This document shows positions 50,846 to 64,000 of a stretch of 64,000 nucleotides of DNA, in pieces. The position numbers and the translations under genes are program-made. Position 1 is the stretch's first letter. Every line of letters begins with the position of its first letter. The notes below the pieces were generated by a model that saw only the letters and a program-made list of their open reading frames with translations, searched no databases and was not told the origin of the DNA. This stretch comes from Octopus vulgaris. Taxonomy: Eukaryota. Where the stretch lies: positions 124,248,001-124,312,000 of the forward strand of contig OX597817.1 in the NCBI GenBank assembly GCA_951406725.2. Direction: 5' to 3'.

Positions 50846-51100
50846 TAGCGGTGCATGGCTTAGTTGTTAGGGTGTTGAACTTTTGATTGTAAGATTGTGG
50901 TTTTGATCCCTGGACTGAGTGATACATTGTGTTATTGAGCAAAACACTTCGTTTCACATTGCTCCACTCCACTCAGCTTGCAAAATTTAGTAATCTTGTG
51001 ACAGACTGGTGTCCCATCCAGATGGGGAATATATACCCAACGAAACTGGGAAATTGGCCCTTATGAGTCGGTATGACACGAGAAGGTAACTTTACTTTTT
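50846..51100 (+). mobile_element. SINE family C, variant tail
   Basis: GGTGCATGGCTTAGTTGTTAG head; homologous to 15264-15523 and 53278-53505. Confidence 0.8.
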
Positions 51101-52128
51101 TTTTTTACCACATGGCTTATGCAAATTTATTATATAATAGCCTTGAGTCAACTCAAAGCTTGTGAGTGAAAAAAGGGTTGACAGAAACAGTGTGGTTGAT
51201 TGATTATGACTGAAATCCAGAGGTATTGTATCCCTAATTCAAATATGCATAGTCATGTTATTCAAAGTGTTATATTGAGTTATCTAAAGGTTACAAATAC
51301 CTGTAAAAATTTCAGGCACTCAGATGCTTGTTCAATGAGCAGTTCTTTCAGTTGATTGGAAAACCAAATACTCATCATCAAAACCAATGAAGATCCTTTT
51401 ACATTTTAAGCAGTAGAGGATATAGTGAAGTTGTATCCTTATATGAATTAATTAATTGTAAAATGAATAACAAATCAATTGAGGCAGAAAAAATAACAGT
51501 ACCTAATTACAGGCCATTACGAACACCTTGAAATGTAATTGGTAATGCTGTCACTAGCAAGTGACATGTTCATGATCTGAATTCTGTTAGTATGCTTGTT
51601 GCTCATTATTGAGTAGAAGCATGATCTGAATTGAAGGTTCAGTAACATCTAGTATGTTGTGAAAATTAACATGTAAATGGTCAGGATAGCATAAAATTTC
51701 TAAAAATATGGAGAGACAGAATTCGATAATTTTTACCTTTAATCTCATCTTTACATGGCTAGTTGGTTGAGAATTTCCCTTCATGATCTCAAGGCCACAG
51801 GTTCATTTCCATTACAAGCCTTGTATTACCTATTTCTTGTGGATGAAACTACATTGATGGTAAGAATGTGAAAGTGCTTTAAATGGATTATACCTGTTAT
51901 TTAAAAGTTTATACACTTGATATTGTAGTACATTGAAGCTACATGAGAATTACATTAAGAGAACATATATCTGCATAATGTTCCTCCACCATATGCTGAT
52001 TCAATTAACAGATAGTTCATTGGACAAGAGAACAAATGTTAATATAGCTTGCTCTTGGCTAAGAACTTCTCTTTTGGATACCTCACTCAAAGTGTATTGA
52101 TACCCTATCTCGGTAGAAACCCAAACTA

Positions 52129-52718
52129 CGAGGTGGTGGGGTGAAAAGTTCCTGACTTTGGGTAAAAGAAAATACAGGAGGATCAGTTAATTATGATTTT
52201 ATTCAAAGTATTTTAAGAGCACCATCCGAATGTGATCGATGCCAGAACGGCTATCTGGCCTCTGTGCCAGTGGCACATAAAAAACACCATTTGAGCAGGA
52301 TCGTTACCAGCATCGCCTACTGGCACCCGTGCCGGTGGCATGTGTAAAAGATTCGAGCGAGGTCGTTGCCAGTGCTGCCTGACTGGCCCCGTGCCAGTGG
52401 CATATAAAAGCACCCACTACACTCTCGGAGTGGTTGGTGTTAGGAAGGGCATCCAGCTGTAGAAACTCTGCCAGATCAAGATTGAAGCCTGGTGCAGCCA
52501 TCTGGTTTCCCAGCCCTCAGTCATATGTCCAACCCATGCTAGCATGGAAAGTGGACATTAAACGACGATGATGATGATGATATTCCCCTCTAAAATTCAC
52601 ACATTTATTGCAGTAGTTTTTCAGTTGTTCTAAACCTTGTACAAGAACTTGGAAGTTTTGGCCTTCAGCCAGGCTTTCATGAGACCTTTAAAGCCAGGAA
52701 CATTTCAGCATTCCCTCA
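52129..52718. mobile_element. mariner-type MITE with a nested RTE tail
   Basis: TA-CGAGG...TGAAAAGTTCCTGACTTT / AAAGCCAGGAACATTTCAGCATTCCCTCA TIRs. Confidence 0.7.
52213..52580 (+). mobile_element. RTE-type 3' UTR (family D) with internal tandem units
   Basis: Three GTGCC(A/G)GTGGCA units, then the family D tail and (GAT)n. Confidence 0.85.
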
Positions 52719-53277
52719 TGTTTGTCATCTAAGCTAATTTTCTTCCTAAATAGTAACGGTATAACTCATTCTGTAAATTTCATATCTTTGTTAATCAGTT
52801 TTATGCCTCAGTAGTTACTTCTTTTTGAATATCTCCATTTCTCTTTCAGTGGCTGACAATGACACTGTTATGCAAGTAATTGACGATCACATCTTTGCAA
52901 ATTTACAAATTATTGGACTTAGTATACGAATAATTATTGTATATCTTACTTCGTCTGATATTTTCAGCTCTTCAGCAACTATTCCTGTTCACCCAAATTT
53001 CCTTGTTTTCACCTCCCTAATGGCATTTTCAATTTCAATAGCTGCTCCCGCTTTTCTGTTTGCTTGGGTAGTTCTTCTCCTTCCCTCTCATGCATTCTTC
53101 TCATTTTACAATGTCATGTAATATCATATCATTTCCATATATCTTTCTTCTCAGTATCAACAGTTCTGTGCATGCTTTCCACCAATGATGTCCAGATTCA
53201 TAATGAGATGATGCTTTGCAGTTTTAAATGCTTTATGATTCTCACATCATAGAATACTGACCAGCATCTTATTTTGT

Positions 53278-53505
53278 GGAGGTGCATGGCTTAGTGGTTA
53301 GGGTCATAAGGCTGTGGTTTCAATTTCAGGACTGGGCAATAACGTTGTGTTCCTGAGCAAAACACTTCACTTCACAGTACTCCAGACCACTCTGCTAGAA
53401 AAAATAAATAATCTTGTGATGGACTGGTGTTCTGTTCACCTGGGGAATTTATATGCCATGAAATCAGGAAACCAGTCCTTATGAGTCAACATGACTTTAC
53501 CTTAC
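53278..53505 (+). mobile_element. SINE family C, variant tail
   Basis: GGAGGTGCATGGCTTAGTGGTTAGGG head, GATGGACTGGTG tail. Confidence 0.8.
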
Positions 53506-53673
53506 TTTCAGGTTTTTCCCTTGTTAAGTACTCCTGACATCTATCTTCCTTTCTAGCATTCTGCTATTGCCCTTTGCTCCAATTTTTTCAGTCTTTCTAG
53601 GCAAATCTCTTAGCTTTCATCACTCTGTCTACCATACCATTCCACCATGTTATCGCCCCTCTGTTTCTGGAAC

Positions 53674-53719
53674 CTACAGGTGTGATCTGTGGTTCACTAC
53701 AGGTGTGATCTGTGGTTCA
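53674..53719. repeat. Perfect 23-bp tandem duplication
   Basis: CTACAGGTGTGATCTGTGGTTCA x2. Confidence 0.9.
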
Positions 53720-55129
53720 CAATAATTCCAGGTTGTCTTGTTATAGATTTCTATCTCTGCTTTTCTAACAGATGCATCACTTAATATATGTTTGAGCCTA
53801 CTTATAGCTGAGGCAGCTTTCAGCTTCTATATCTTTCTTCTCAATGAGGATAATGCTGTCCTGGATACATTATACTTGAGAAGAAAAAGGAAAATGAGAT
53901 GCTCATTGTTCAAATGCCATTTGGATGAAAGAAACATTTGTTTTTACTTCCCAGAATTCACATCATGTACGTAATTCATATATTGTTATAATCTGGAATA
54001 GTTATCAAATCACCCAGACACACTCACATACATGCATGCACATGCCCACACATATGGATACTTATCTTTGTAGCAGTAGCAGTTTTGCCATAGCTGCTTG
54101 TCACAGACCATTGCTCATACTAATGTCAAAATATGTCTGTATCTGCTTCAAGAGAATATAACATTATTTTAGAGAATGACATTGTTCTTGCCTAATTAAG
54201 CAATGATATGGGATCACTTCCACTCAGGCAAATTAGCAAGGGAACTGATATGTCAAAAACAATTTCATTCAATTCACTGTATGCCTTTTCATATGAGTAT
54301 ATTTCATATCAGTTTATTAATTTTCTCTTATATAAGCATATGGGGTGAAACAATCCATTATATCTGCAATTGTGTTTCTTTTTCTCACCTAGCATGATAA
54401 TCTCAATAGTAATGAAAAATTGTAAATGCCTCAGTAACCTCTGTTCTTTTTTTTTTACTTTTTGCTTGATAGTTTATTTATTTATTTATTTTGTTTCATG
54501 GGTTATCATTTTCAGCAGTATGCAAATATCAAAACAATGCATGCTACATTGCGCATAGCATCATATTAAATGGAAATTAATCCTCTGAGATTTAGAAATA
54601 TTAAATATAAATACCAACAGCAGTGTTTCCACCTGCCCACACATTGTCTGAAAGTTACAGACACTTCTAATCAGTATACATTAAAGCAATAGTGATGCAA
54701 AAAGCTACTGAGTCAATTGTTAGAAAAATATGTCTTTACTTGACATTATTTTGTTATATTTATTTTTCTTTGACATGACATATCAAATTGATAAGACTGG
54801 AGTTCTCCCATAAACAAAACTTCAATGGAGATGGTATGAATTATACTTCAAATATGAATCAACTTAGGAAAGCATTTTCAACCTGCTAACAAAGCTTGCT
54901 TTCCATTTATTAACATTCAATGTATTAAATTATTTGGCCTCCAATTTTTCTTAAAACATAGCTATGATGTTCTCCTACTACTCCTGCTTGTGATCAAAGA
55001 TGCACATATTGTCAACTCAAGTAGTGAAGGTCAAGCAACTCACAAACAAATCTGTGGTGTTGAACAGAATATTTGCTATATCGATAATTTTGCTTCAGCT
55101 ATCTAGTGCTGAATCTGTCTGAAATGTAA

Positions 55130-55900
55130 TGGACAATAGGTCAGTTTCAAAATATTGATGTCCAGGTCACAAAGCAAAGTTTGAAGGGAATAGTAGTCAT
55201 TCCCTTTGATTTCTAGGTAGAAGCAAATAGGGTATAAGACTTATTGCCCAAAAACAAAAACAAAAAAATTGTTACGCAATGTAGTCAGCTGTTATATTGT
55301 GATCACAGACAAGTGTCATTGTTATATTCAGGGATGATATCTATGCAAAGCAAATATCCAGTATATTATATGTTGTGGTTGATAGAAGCACAATTTCCTC
55401 CATGAATAAGGTTAAGTAGGGACTCCATCTGTACTTGATGGCAGTGTGCCATTCCTAAGAGTATGAGGCTCTTGGGTAATCTCATACTGAGTAAGTTGAA
55501 GTTACCCACTTATGTGTTTTAGTTCGCTTAGAACCACCATTTATGCTGGGCAGTCTTCAAACTTACCTGAACGATTTGGAATATCTGGTGGGTGTATATA
55601 GAGTACATATAACAATCTTGAATTGTCTTATGTGTACAATTTGAGTGTCATACACTGAATTTGAATATGACAACAGGACCTGGCATGTGAGGTCCTCATC
55701 ATTGCATACTGAAACTTTATTGGGCATTCCTCTTGTGTCTGTTCATAATACTGCATAATTCAATATGTGTACTTCTGCATCTACTATATCATGTCTAGGA
55801 TGCATTTCCATGAGTGCTGTTCATGGAGATTGATTTCATGTAGTGAGGTCTCTCAAGGAAAGGATTTTTGTTTTGATGTTGAGGTGTAACAGACCTCTGA
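55130..55900 (-). mobile_element. CR1-type LINE APE endonuclease fragment
   Basis: Minus strand RGLLHLNIKTKI...ALMEMHPRHDIVDAEVHILNY...IVICTLYTP...VGNFNL (GDFN-like). Confidence 0.7.
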
Positions 55901-55921
55901 CTAATATCCATTAATATATAT

Positions 55922-56393
55922 ATCATCATCATCATCATTTAACGTTCGTTGTCCATGATGGCATGGGTTGGACAGTTTGACTGGGCCAGCACGCTGGAAG
56001 GCTGCACTAGGCTCCAGTCTGATTTGGCATGGTTTTCTACAGATGGATGCCCTTCCTAACACCAACCACTCTGAGAGTGTAATGGTTATTTTAACATGAC
56101 ACCTGCACGTGTGGCATTTGCATGACACCAGTATCTGCCATGACTGCAATTTTGCTTGGCTTGATGGGCCTTCTTTTCAAGCAAGACATAGTGCCAAAGG
56201 TCTTGGTCATTGCTTCCGTAAGGTCCAAAACTCGAACGGAACTCAGCCAACTTGCATCTGTGAGGTCCAACACTCAAAAGGAATGCAGCCACTTGCCATA
56301 CTTCACCATCTCGTTGCATGTCTTCCTGGGTCTACCACTACCGCAGGTTCCCTCCATGATTAAAGATAGGCACTTTACACAGCTGTCCATGCT
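55922..56393 (-). mobile_element. RTE-type LINE 3' end with family D tail
   Basis: MEGTCGSGRPRKTCNEMVK ORF end contiguous with the GTGGTTGGTGTTAGGAAGGGCATCC...(GAT)n tail, linking family D to an RTE 3' UTR. Confidence 0.85.
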
Positions 56394-56911
56394 CATATAT
56401 ATATATATGAAGAGGAGAAGTGTATTCTCATGCAGGAAAAATATAGGAGAATTTAGTTTGGGGCTTGAAAATGCACCTGAATTTTAAAAAAGTGTAATTG
56501 TTTCTAAATTTTGTAATAAATTTATTCTAATACCAAACCTGTTTCACCATGTTTATGCTTATCAATGGCAAAAATAAATAAATAAAGGCTCTAGGAGAGT
56601 TTAAAGTTTAAAGTTTCAGAAAAAACATGTTTAAAGGCTCAAATGTTCAATTGTTGACTGAAATTTCAATGAGTTTCACAGAGATTGACAGTAATATAAG
56701 TTTAAATGTTCACTCATTAATTCTCGATCAACCAATGGCTCAGCATGAGATATAGATGATGTAAACAACCACAGGAAAAACCACTTTCAAAAGTGGTGAT
56801 ATGAAATCCCACCACCCTGAAGAAATCAGCCAACGAAGAACGATATGTAAAAGTAAAAAATCATGGTGTTGCTCCTTCATGATTGCAGACACATGGCTGA
56901 TAAATAAATAA

Positions 56912-56950
<39 letters not shown>

Positions 56951-56953
<3 letters not shown>

Positions 56954-57106
56954 GCATCCTGACGTTGGGAAGAGCATCCAGCTCTAGAAACTCTGCCAGA
57001 TCAGATTGGAGCCTGGTGCAGCCATCTGGTTTGCAAGTCCTCAGTCAAATCGTCCAACCCATGCTAGCATGGAAAGCAGACGTTAAACGATGATGATGAT
57101 AATGAT
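56951..57106 (+). mobile_element. Family D RTE tail
   Basis: GCATCCAGCTCTAGAAACTCTGCCAG...TTAAACGATGATGAT. Confidence 0.8.
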
Positions 57107-57179
57107 GATATATATGTAATATATATGCGTATGTGTGTTTATATTTATATAAACACACACACACTCACATACACATACA

Positions 57180-57238
<59 letters not shown>

Positions 57239-57423
57239 GTCAGTAATTCTGCAACAACTACCAGTTATCATTACTTGTATGCAGTAACATAGTTTAATTA
57301 TACAAAACCCATATGGATAATTGAAGTATTCAATTTGGTCATTTCTATCCTTAAGAATGTAGTTTTGAAAGTTTAACAATAAGTATTATATAGTTAAGAA
57401 ACTGCATGTTCACATCCAGTATG

Positions 57424-57790
57424 CTATTATCTTTGCCTTAGCGAAGGCACAGGTATTGTTTTCAGTCGTGTTTGTTTGTTTTTTGCTTGACCATGGACAA
57501 GATATCTCAAGAACTGTTGGATAGATTCAGACAAAACTTTCAGAGATGTTTGGCCTCATGACTGGCACAAACTGATTAGATTTTGGGATCAATCTGGTAC
57601 CAGACAAGGATTCTGGATTATTTTTCTGATTTTTTTTTTTTGACTTAATCTTTGAGAGCGGTCGGGTTCATTTTTAGTATTCTTGTTTGTGAGACCACTT
57701 AAAGTTATTTCAGATATTCTCCAGCTAATCGTTGAGAGGACGTTGAAGTTGCTTTCATGAATGTTTGCACTCTCTGAGTGCTCTTGTCAT
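57424..57790 (+). mobile_element. Helentron-associated non-autonomous element (HINE/DINE-1-like)
   Basis: TATTATCTTTGCCTT-AGCG-AAGGC 5' hairpin, (GTTT)n microsatellite, 3' palindrome GCACTC-TCT-GAGTGC at 57767-57781. Confidence 0.65.
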
Positions 57791-58059
57791 TATATGTTTT
57801 TCTTACTTTTTTGCAATAGTATGTATTTCAAGTGTTCCACTGGTGTTTCTAGTAACTCTCTGTACTTATACAAGGCTGTCAAAATGTAATGAAAAGGTCA
57901 TTTATTTTTCTTTCTGGCAATCGGTAAGCTTCTATCATGTGTAAAAACCATTAAGATTAAGAACTGAAACAAAAAAAATAGAAGTCCTTTATACACAAAA
58001 GGCAATCAAATAGGCACAAATTATCTTACAGTTTTTCTGTACGGATGCATATACCCTCC

Positions 58060-58109
58060 CACATGCATATGTAATTATATGTTTGTGAGTGTATGTACAT
58101 AAAAATGTA

Positions 58110-58153
<44 letters not shown>

Positions 58154-58270
58154 TATATATATACATATATATATATACAAACACACACATATAAACAGCC
58201 ATACATATATGCATATACATTTGTATATTTATATATGTATATGCATATACGTACATACACACACACACAC

Positions 58271-58313
<43 letters not shown>

Positions 58314-58432
58314 CAACACACATACATGCACACACTCACACACATGCATGTACACTCACTTCCCACAATATATTATTGAGTGTATATGTGTATCTGTGTA
58401 CTTATTTAAAGAGAAAGACTGACAGAAGACAG

Positions 58433-58464
<32 letters not shown>

Positions 58465-58510
58465 GAAAGAGAGGAGAGTGAGACAAGAGGATGGAATGAA
58501 GGTGAGAGAG
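58060..58510. repeat. Compound (TA)/(CA)/(GATA)/(GA) microsatellite
   Basis: Seen directly. Confidence 0.9.
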
Positions 58511-58827
58511 AAGCACTTATCTTAATAGACAATTTAAAAGCTGCTTGCAATTATATTCAAATGAATCATTCTCGCATAGTAAAAGAAATTAGACAAAAAC
58601 ACCTTAAAAGATTAAAAGTCACACCTTTTTCAGAACTGACATGTACTTAATCTTGTTTTCTTAAAACAGCTTCAGTAGCTGTTTCGAAATAATTTACTGA
58701 TGGACTCATTGTATAAAATCAAAAATGTTCTGTGATGGAACCATTGCAGATTCCCTCAGATATGTAGGGGTTGCATTCAGTGTTCTTATTAGAAGTCCAA
58801 TATAAGTGAAGTGAAAGCTTTCATTGC

Positions 58828-58828
<1 letters not shown>

Positions 58829-58870
<42 letters not shown>
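58829..58870. repeat. (TTA)n microsatellite
   Basis: Seen directly. Confidence 0.95.
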
Positions 58871-58871
<1 letters not shown>

Positions 58872-59053
58872 TGCAATATTTCCTTAAAACCAGGTCTTTG
58901 GTGAAATCTTTGAGACAGATCTCACAGTACCAGATATCTTGGGTCATTTCTTCCCATGAAACCAATAATGAACCCTCTGTGTTGTTCATCTTCAAATCAC
59001 ACTCTATCACCTTATCTTTTTAGCATTCTGATTTTGATGTCAAATGTTGTTGC

Positions 59054-59090
<37 letters not shown>

Positions 59091-59105
59091 GTTATTGTGC
59101 CTATA

Positions 59106-59499
59106 GGCACAGGAGTGGATGTGTGGTAAGTACCTTGCTTACCAACCACATGGTCCCAGGTTCAGACCCACTTCATGGAACCTAGGGTAAGTGTCTTCTA
59201 ATATAACCTCAGGCTGACAAAAGCCTTGTGAGTGGATTTGGTAGATGGAAACTGGTAGTCAGAAACCCGTCGTATATATGTATAGATATATATATATATA
59301 TATATATGTTTGTGTGTCTGTGTTTGTACTCCCAACATCGCTTGACAACTGATGCTGGTATGTTAGTGGTTTGGCAAAAGAGACCGATAAAATAAGTACT
59401 ATGCTTACAAAGTACTGGGGTCAATTTCCTTGACTAAAAGCAATGCTCCAGCATGGCTGCAGTCAAGTGACTGAAACAAGGAAAAGAGAGAGTAAAGAG
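59106..59499 (+). mobile_element. SINE family A, full length
   Basis: GGCACAGGAGTGGATGTGTGGTAAG head through GACTGAAACAAGGAAAAGAG tail. Confidence 0.88.
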
Positions 59500-62025
59500 T
59501 ATGCCCTTCCTAACGCCAACCACTCTGCGAGTGTAGTGGGTGCTTTTTACGTGCCACCTGTAGATATTAATATTATAGCAAATTTTCATCCTTGAAGATG
59601 AGGATAATAGTTTAATAAATTGTAGTTGATTTCAAGAATTTATTTCAGTATCAGTCAGATCTACATTTTATTTTGGCTTACTGGATTCAATGCATGCCTA
59701 AAATATTTTGCATTGTTTTATGAACATTTTGTCATACTCTGATAGGGGGAATAATTTATATCTTGTAGCAATTATTTATGCAGCTGGCTGCTGTTGCTAT
59801 AACCAATCAATAGTTATAGTTGGGTTGCATACAAAAATTAGGAGAAAAGCATTAATAGTTTGCTAACGTTAGTATTTGGACAAGCAAGGGAGACAACTCT
59901 GAATATTTGTATGGCTTTGTAGTCCTCATTACTGGAAGTATAACCTTTGCCCTTGTTTGCTGGTCTTCAAAATATTCACTTATGTTGGGAAATGAAATTA
60001 ATTCTAATTCCAAAATCAATGAAATTATCAAACTTTTTTTTTTAAACAAAACAGTACACTTCAGGTATAATATCAACCTGGCTCTAATATCTAATGGTAA
60101 GTGATATTTTTAATTCTTTTTCTTTTTTTAGTTGTTAAAAGATAGAAGAGAAATTTAAGATTAAGTAGTCCATCCATCCTGATATCTTGGAGCTGACTTT
60201 ACATTCTTGTTGTTAATTCCTCTTGAGACAACCACTTATTCTGCACTTGGAAGTAAGACATCTTCTTTGACCAAGCTATAGTGAATCAGTTGAAAATTTC
60301 ACTATAGAATTAGATATACTTATAAATAAATGAACTGTTGTAAATCATTCTAAACTTTACATGACTAATAACAAATCATTTATCTTGAGTTATCTTTATA
60401 TCTTAATTTACACAAAGGTCAAAAATATGAAAGATACAGTCATCTACAAATTTGCGTTCAAGTGGTTTATGAATGAAATGGACGGCTAAGCAGTTTTGTT
60501 GTTAAGGACAAGTTGTTATTTCCAGTGACTTAATTTCTGTCTCTTGGGAATAAATGTAAAGTAAAGTGGAATCAAATACAAATGAAACACAAGAATAAAA
60601 ATTGGTTTTAAAATCTGTCAAAAAGTTTAACATGAAAGCAAAAGTTTTGCATTTTCTATATAACATTAATTTTCAAGGACTTATTATTTGGCCGTATGAT
60701 GTCATTCTGAAGTTCATTTTAAAAATAATGCATTGAAATGTAATCAAGAAAGAAAAGGTTTTGTCTGTTAATCAATAATATTGAAGATAGCTTGTTACAA
60801 GATGTCAGTCTTGTCTTTAAGCTCTTCAAAAATCTCAACCAAAGATAACAAAACTGTTATCATCTCGTGCTTGTTACCATTAACTGTGAATAAAGAGAAG
60901 GTATTAACTCAAAACGACTAAAAGAATCTGCCAAAATTTAAATATTTGCTTATTTAGTATCCAATTTTGTTTTATCTTCATGCAATGACATTAGTGTAAG
61001 AACAATGGATAATTATTATTTCTTTTTTTTCTTTTTCTCTTTCATCAGTTTCTTTTTTTTTTTTGTTCCTTCCTATAAATTTAACATATGAATAAGTTGT
61101 TCTTCAGTTAATATTTCAGTTTTCTTGTCTCCAAAATTCTTCATAGAATTAAGTCTTGAAATTTCAAAAACAACCCTTATTATTAACAGCTGGATCAAGA
61201 GTTCAACAAAACTATTGTACACTATTTTGAGCAAAGAACTTGACTGGGTAATTACTTGAATAAATTCTCATTCATATTGTTTGTGTAACAGCAATAAATT
61301 AAGTGGACAACACTAGCTCTATAGAAACTATTTTCTTTTTATCAATTTTAGTATTAGTGCTGTGGTGTTTGAAGACACCAATCTCTCTTGGCTAGACATT
61401 AAACTAAAAACCTTAATCTTTTCTTATTCTTAGCAATTACGGCATATGGCCATTAACTCTTTAGATCTTGTGGCTTATTTGCTTTTGCAAATCCGTAAGT
61501 CTTAACAGTAAAATAAGCAGTCTAGGCCTTTGCACATACAATAGAATTTTTAAAGAATTCGCAAATAAGCAGCATGAATAAGCACTTCCTAATGTATTAA
61601 CTAATATCAAAAATTCTTTTCAATGACAAATTCAGAAGAAAACCATTTTAGATGTTAGAAAAAAGTTTTTCAAAATTTACTATTTGAGAGCAGATATTTT
61701 ATACTTTACAATGTTTTTTTTTTTTTATATATTTTAGGAATATGTTATGAAACCAACAAATAATAAGCTAAGAAAATGTAGTAGTTTAAAATTTGAAAAT
61801 GTAGAAAAATAGAATAGAATCAAATTCTTAATTGCAGAACAATTTAAATGAAAATTTACTTAGCAGAATATTGCAAAAAATTAGTTGCAAGTTATGTAGC
61901 TTTAAAACAAACTGTCCATGAATTTATTTATCTAGTGATGATAACAACTAGCAACTGGATTAAGTTCGCTTCAAAAGGAAATTACATGGAGTTACACAGC
62001 AGCAACAGAAACAGCAACACCAAAT

Positions 62026-62242
62026 GCTGTTCAAGAATTTGGACCTGGAGATCATCATTTCCAGTGACTTTGAGGACCACCTCCCAGTGGTGTTGGGTGT
62101 CAACGAAGAGCCCTCGACTACAACAAGATGACCAAAGTTTCTTTTTTTTCTCCAAAGTCTAGGGTCTTCCGCCCCTAAGCCCTAGACCATCACCTAATCT
62201 CCCTTACCCAACTTGTTGCTTAACAACAACAACAACAACAAC
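62026..62242 (+). mobile_element. Short retroposed insertion with (CAA)n tail
   Basis: Perfect 16-bp TSD AACAGCAACACCAAAT at 62010-62025 and 62243-62258; stem GTCTAGGG/CCCTAGAC upstream of the tail. Confidence 0.8.
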
Positions 62243-63161
62243 AACAGCAACACCAAATAAAACTTGAAAAATGTCGTTTGCTGTGTTCCAAGCAATTTTT
62301 ACATTTTCATTCCCTTTTGATCAGAAAATTGTAACTGGTCTGTTGAACTAGCTTCATGTAGAACCTTTGTTAATTTTGATTTTATTGCTTCTTGTTGCTC
62401 TAGCTATAGAGTATATCAGATATACTATAGAATATATCTGAAGATATTTATAGCTAACACTCTATAGAGCAACTCATCTATATGCAACATCTTCACAGAC
62501 TGAAAAGCAGTTACGAATTGATCAATTTCAATTCTTTAATTCAGATTTCATCAGTGACTATGCGGCTTATTTAACTCATCATCATTGTTGCCACCAACAT
62601 CACCACCACCAACGCCAGCACCAATATCAGCATGATCTTCATCATCATCATCATCATTTAATGTTCATCGTCTATGCTGGCATGGATTGGATGTTTTTAC
62701 AGGATCCAATGAACCGGTATATTTGTTTTAGAATAATATTGCATGTGTGTGCATCATGTTTATGCAAATTTGTAATGATTTTGAAAAATATTTTGCCTTA
62801 CCATTTGCTCTCTTGCCATCACAGGAGAATTAAATGTAACTCTGTAAAGAACCCTACTGCAGATTTAAGGCACAGATGAAAAACTGTCAGCAACATTGCA
62901 TACACTGAGATTTTCCAGTGTTAAAACATTTTCAAAGCATTTAATCATTTTGTGGAAAGATATTTCTTGATTGCCTGTCAGTTAGTGCTTTTTTTTCCAT
63001 GAGATATCTTGGCTGTCAGTGACTAGTTATTATACATAAAATATCATGTTTATCTAGATACTTTTCTATTCAGATCAAATTTAAAGGTTCAACACGGTCT
63101 CCCAACAAAACTAGTCAGAAATCAAACCCTGCCATCTTTTAAAAAGAACTCATTGAATAAT

Positions 63162-63380
63162 CTCTTTTATAAAAGGCACAAAGCCTAACATTTGGGGTGG
63201 GGATGAGACTAGTTAATTACATCGAACCCAGTGTTTCACTGGTACTTAATTTATTGACCCCCAAAAGGATGAAAAGCAAAGCCGACCTCATCAAAATTTG
63301 AACACAGAATGTAATGACGGATGAAATGCCACAAAGCATTTTACCTGGTGTGCTAATGATTTTGCCAGCTCACCACCTTA
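63162..63380 (-). mobile_element. SINE family B (tail type 3) inside a family F repeat
   Basis: Family B head and central domain with a GGCTTTGTGCCTTTTATAAAAGAGATTATT tail, like the copy at 46580-46800. Confidence 0.8.
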
Positions 63381-64000
63381 GACTCAATAAATAATGCACT
63401 CTAAGATACACTTGGAGTGCTTTTGATCATAGGTTTGATGTATTAGGGCAGAACTGGGGCTAAGCAGCAGCAGCAACTATTACTGCTAATTAATGTTTTA
63501 GCAATTAGCTGTCAGTATTTTCATTTGTTAAATCTGTTACTTTATTGATATACAAATATTCAAGACAACCAAAAGAATTAACCTTCTATCATACCATTAA
63601 AGAAAAATTTAAATTTCAACATGGTATTTTCCTGTGTTAATGTATTTAATATTTAGAAGACGACTCTGTATCACTAACAAAAATTTTATTTTGGGAAAAT
63701 GTTTTAATTATCCATTATGAGTTAACCACAGACATTTATTTAAATTCAATTAATAGATTAAAAGTTTAAAAGTCTTCCAATGGATATTGACAGTCATTTA
63801 ATTTTATAGTAATTTAATTTTAATGGTAATTGTAAGAACAGCTTGCACTCTTTGATAAACATTAAGCATGTACTCTTCTTAATACTTTAGTAATTTCCGT
63901 TTCATGTCCAAGCTGGGGCACTACCTGCATGAAATTTAGTTGACCGCATTAATTCCCATTAAATATGTCAGTTAGTTTATTGTTTTTCTAAGGTTAAACT

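Larger units (their letters stand above)
52740..53745 (-). mobile_element. Degenerate RTE ORF fragment upstream of the RT core, split by a SINE
   Basis: Minus strand TWWNGMVDRVMKAKR..., IENAIREVKT...GIVAEELK..., SNY*GIKLI. Confidence 0.7.

Noticed and set aside
56810-56860. CTGAAGA motif as a possible hammerhead
   Set aside because: No stem II followed by GAAA.
60065-60102. Possible micro-exon ending AATG|GTAAGT
   Set aside because: Splice-like signals alone are common in 64 kb; no supporting coding evidence.

Overview
AT-rich animal genomic DNA, intronic or intergenic, with dense (TA)n, (CA)n, (TACA)n, (TATC)n, (GAT)n and (TAA)n microsatellites and many decayed mobile elements. The SINE families and microsatellite load resemble an octopus genome; this is recognition from memory, not a database result. 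No host protein-coding gene is confidently identified, and almost all long ORFs in the track are translated microsatellites. Supported content: several tRNA-derived SINE families; RTE, CR1 and R4/Dong-type LINE fragments; two Tc1/mariner relics (DD41D- and DD37D-type); hAT, piggyBac, mariner and foldback MITEs; a Helentron-type non-autonomous element; and Penelope-type fragments with hammerhead ribozyme cores. The most notable object is a 2.15-kb TSD-flanked retroelement (8489-10634, minus). It carries only an L1/Tx1-type ORF1 and no ORF2 (HAL1-like), has an array of covarying hairpins in its 3' UTR, and has a 3' end resembling a SINE tail and a LINE-like 3' UTR elsewhere in the window. All alignments were done by eye, and repeat boundaries are approximate unless a TSD or TIR is quoted.
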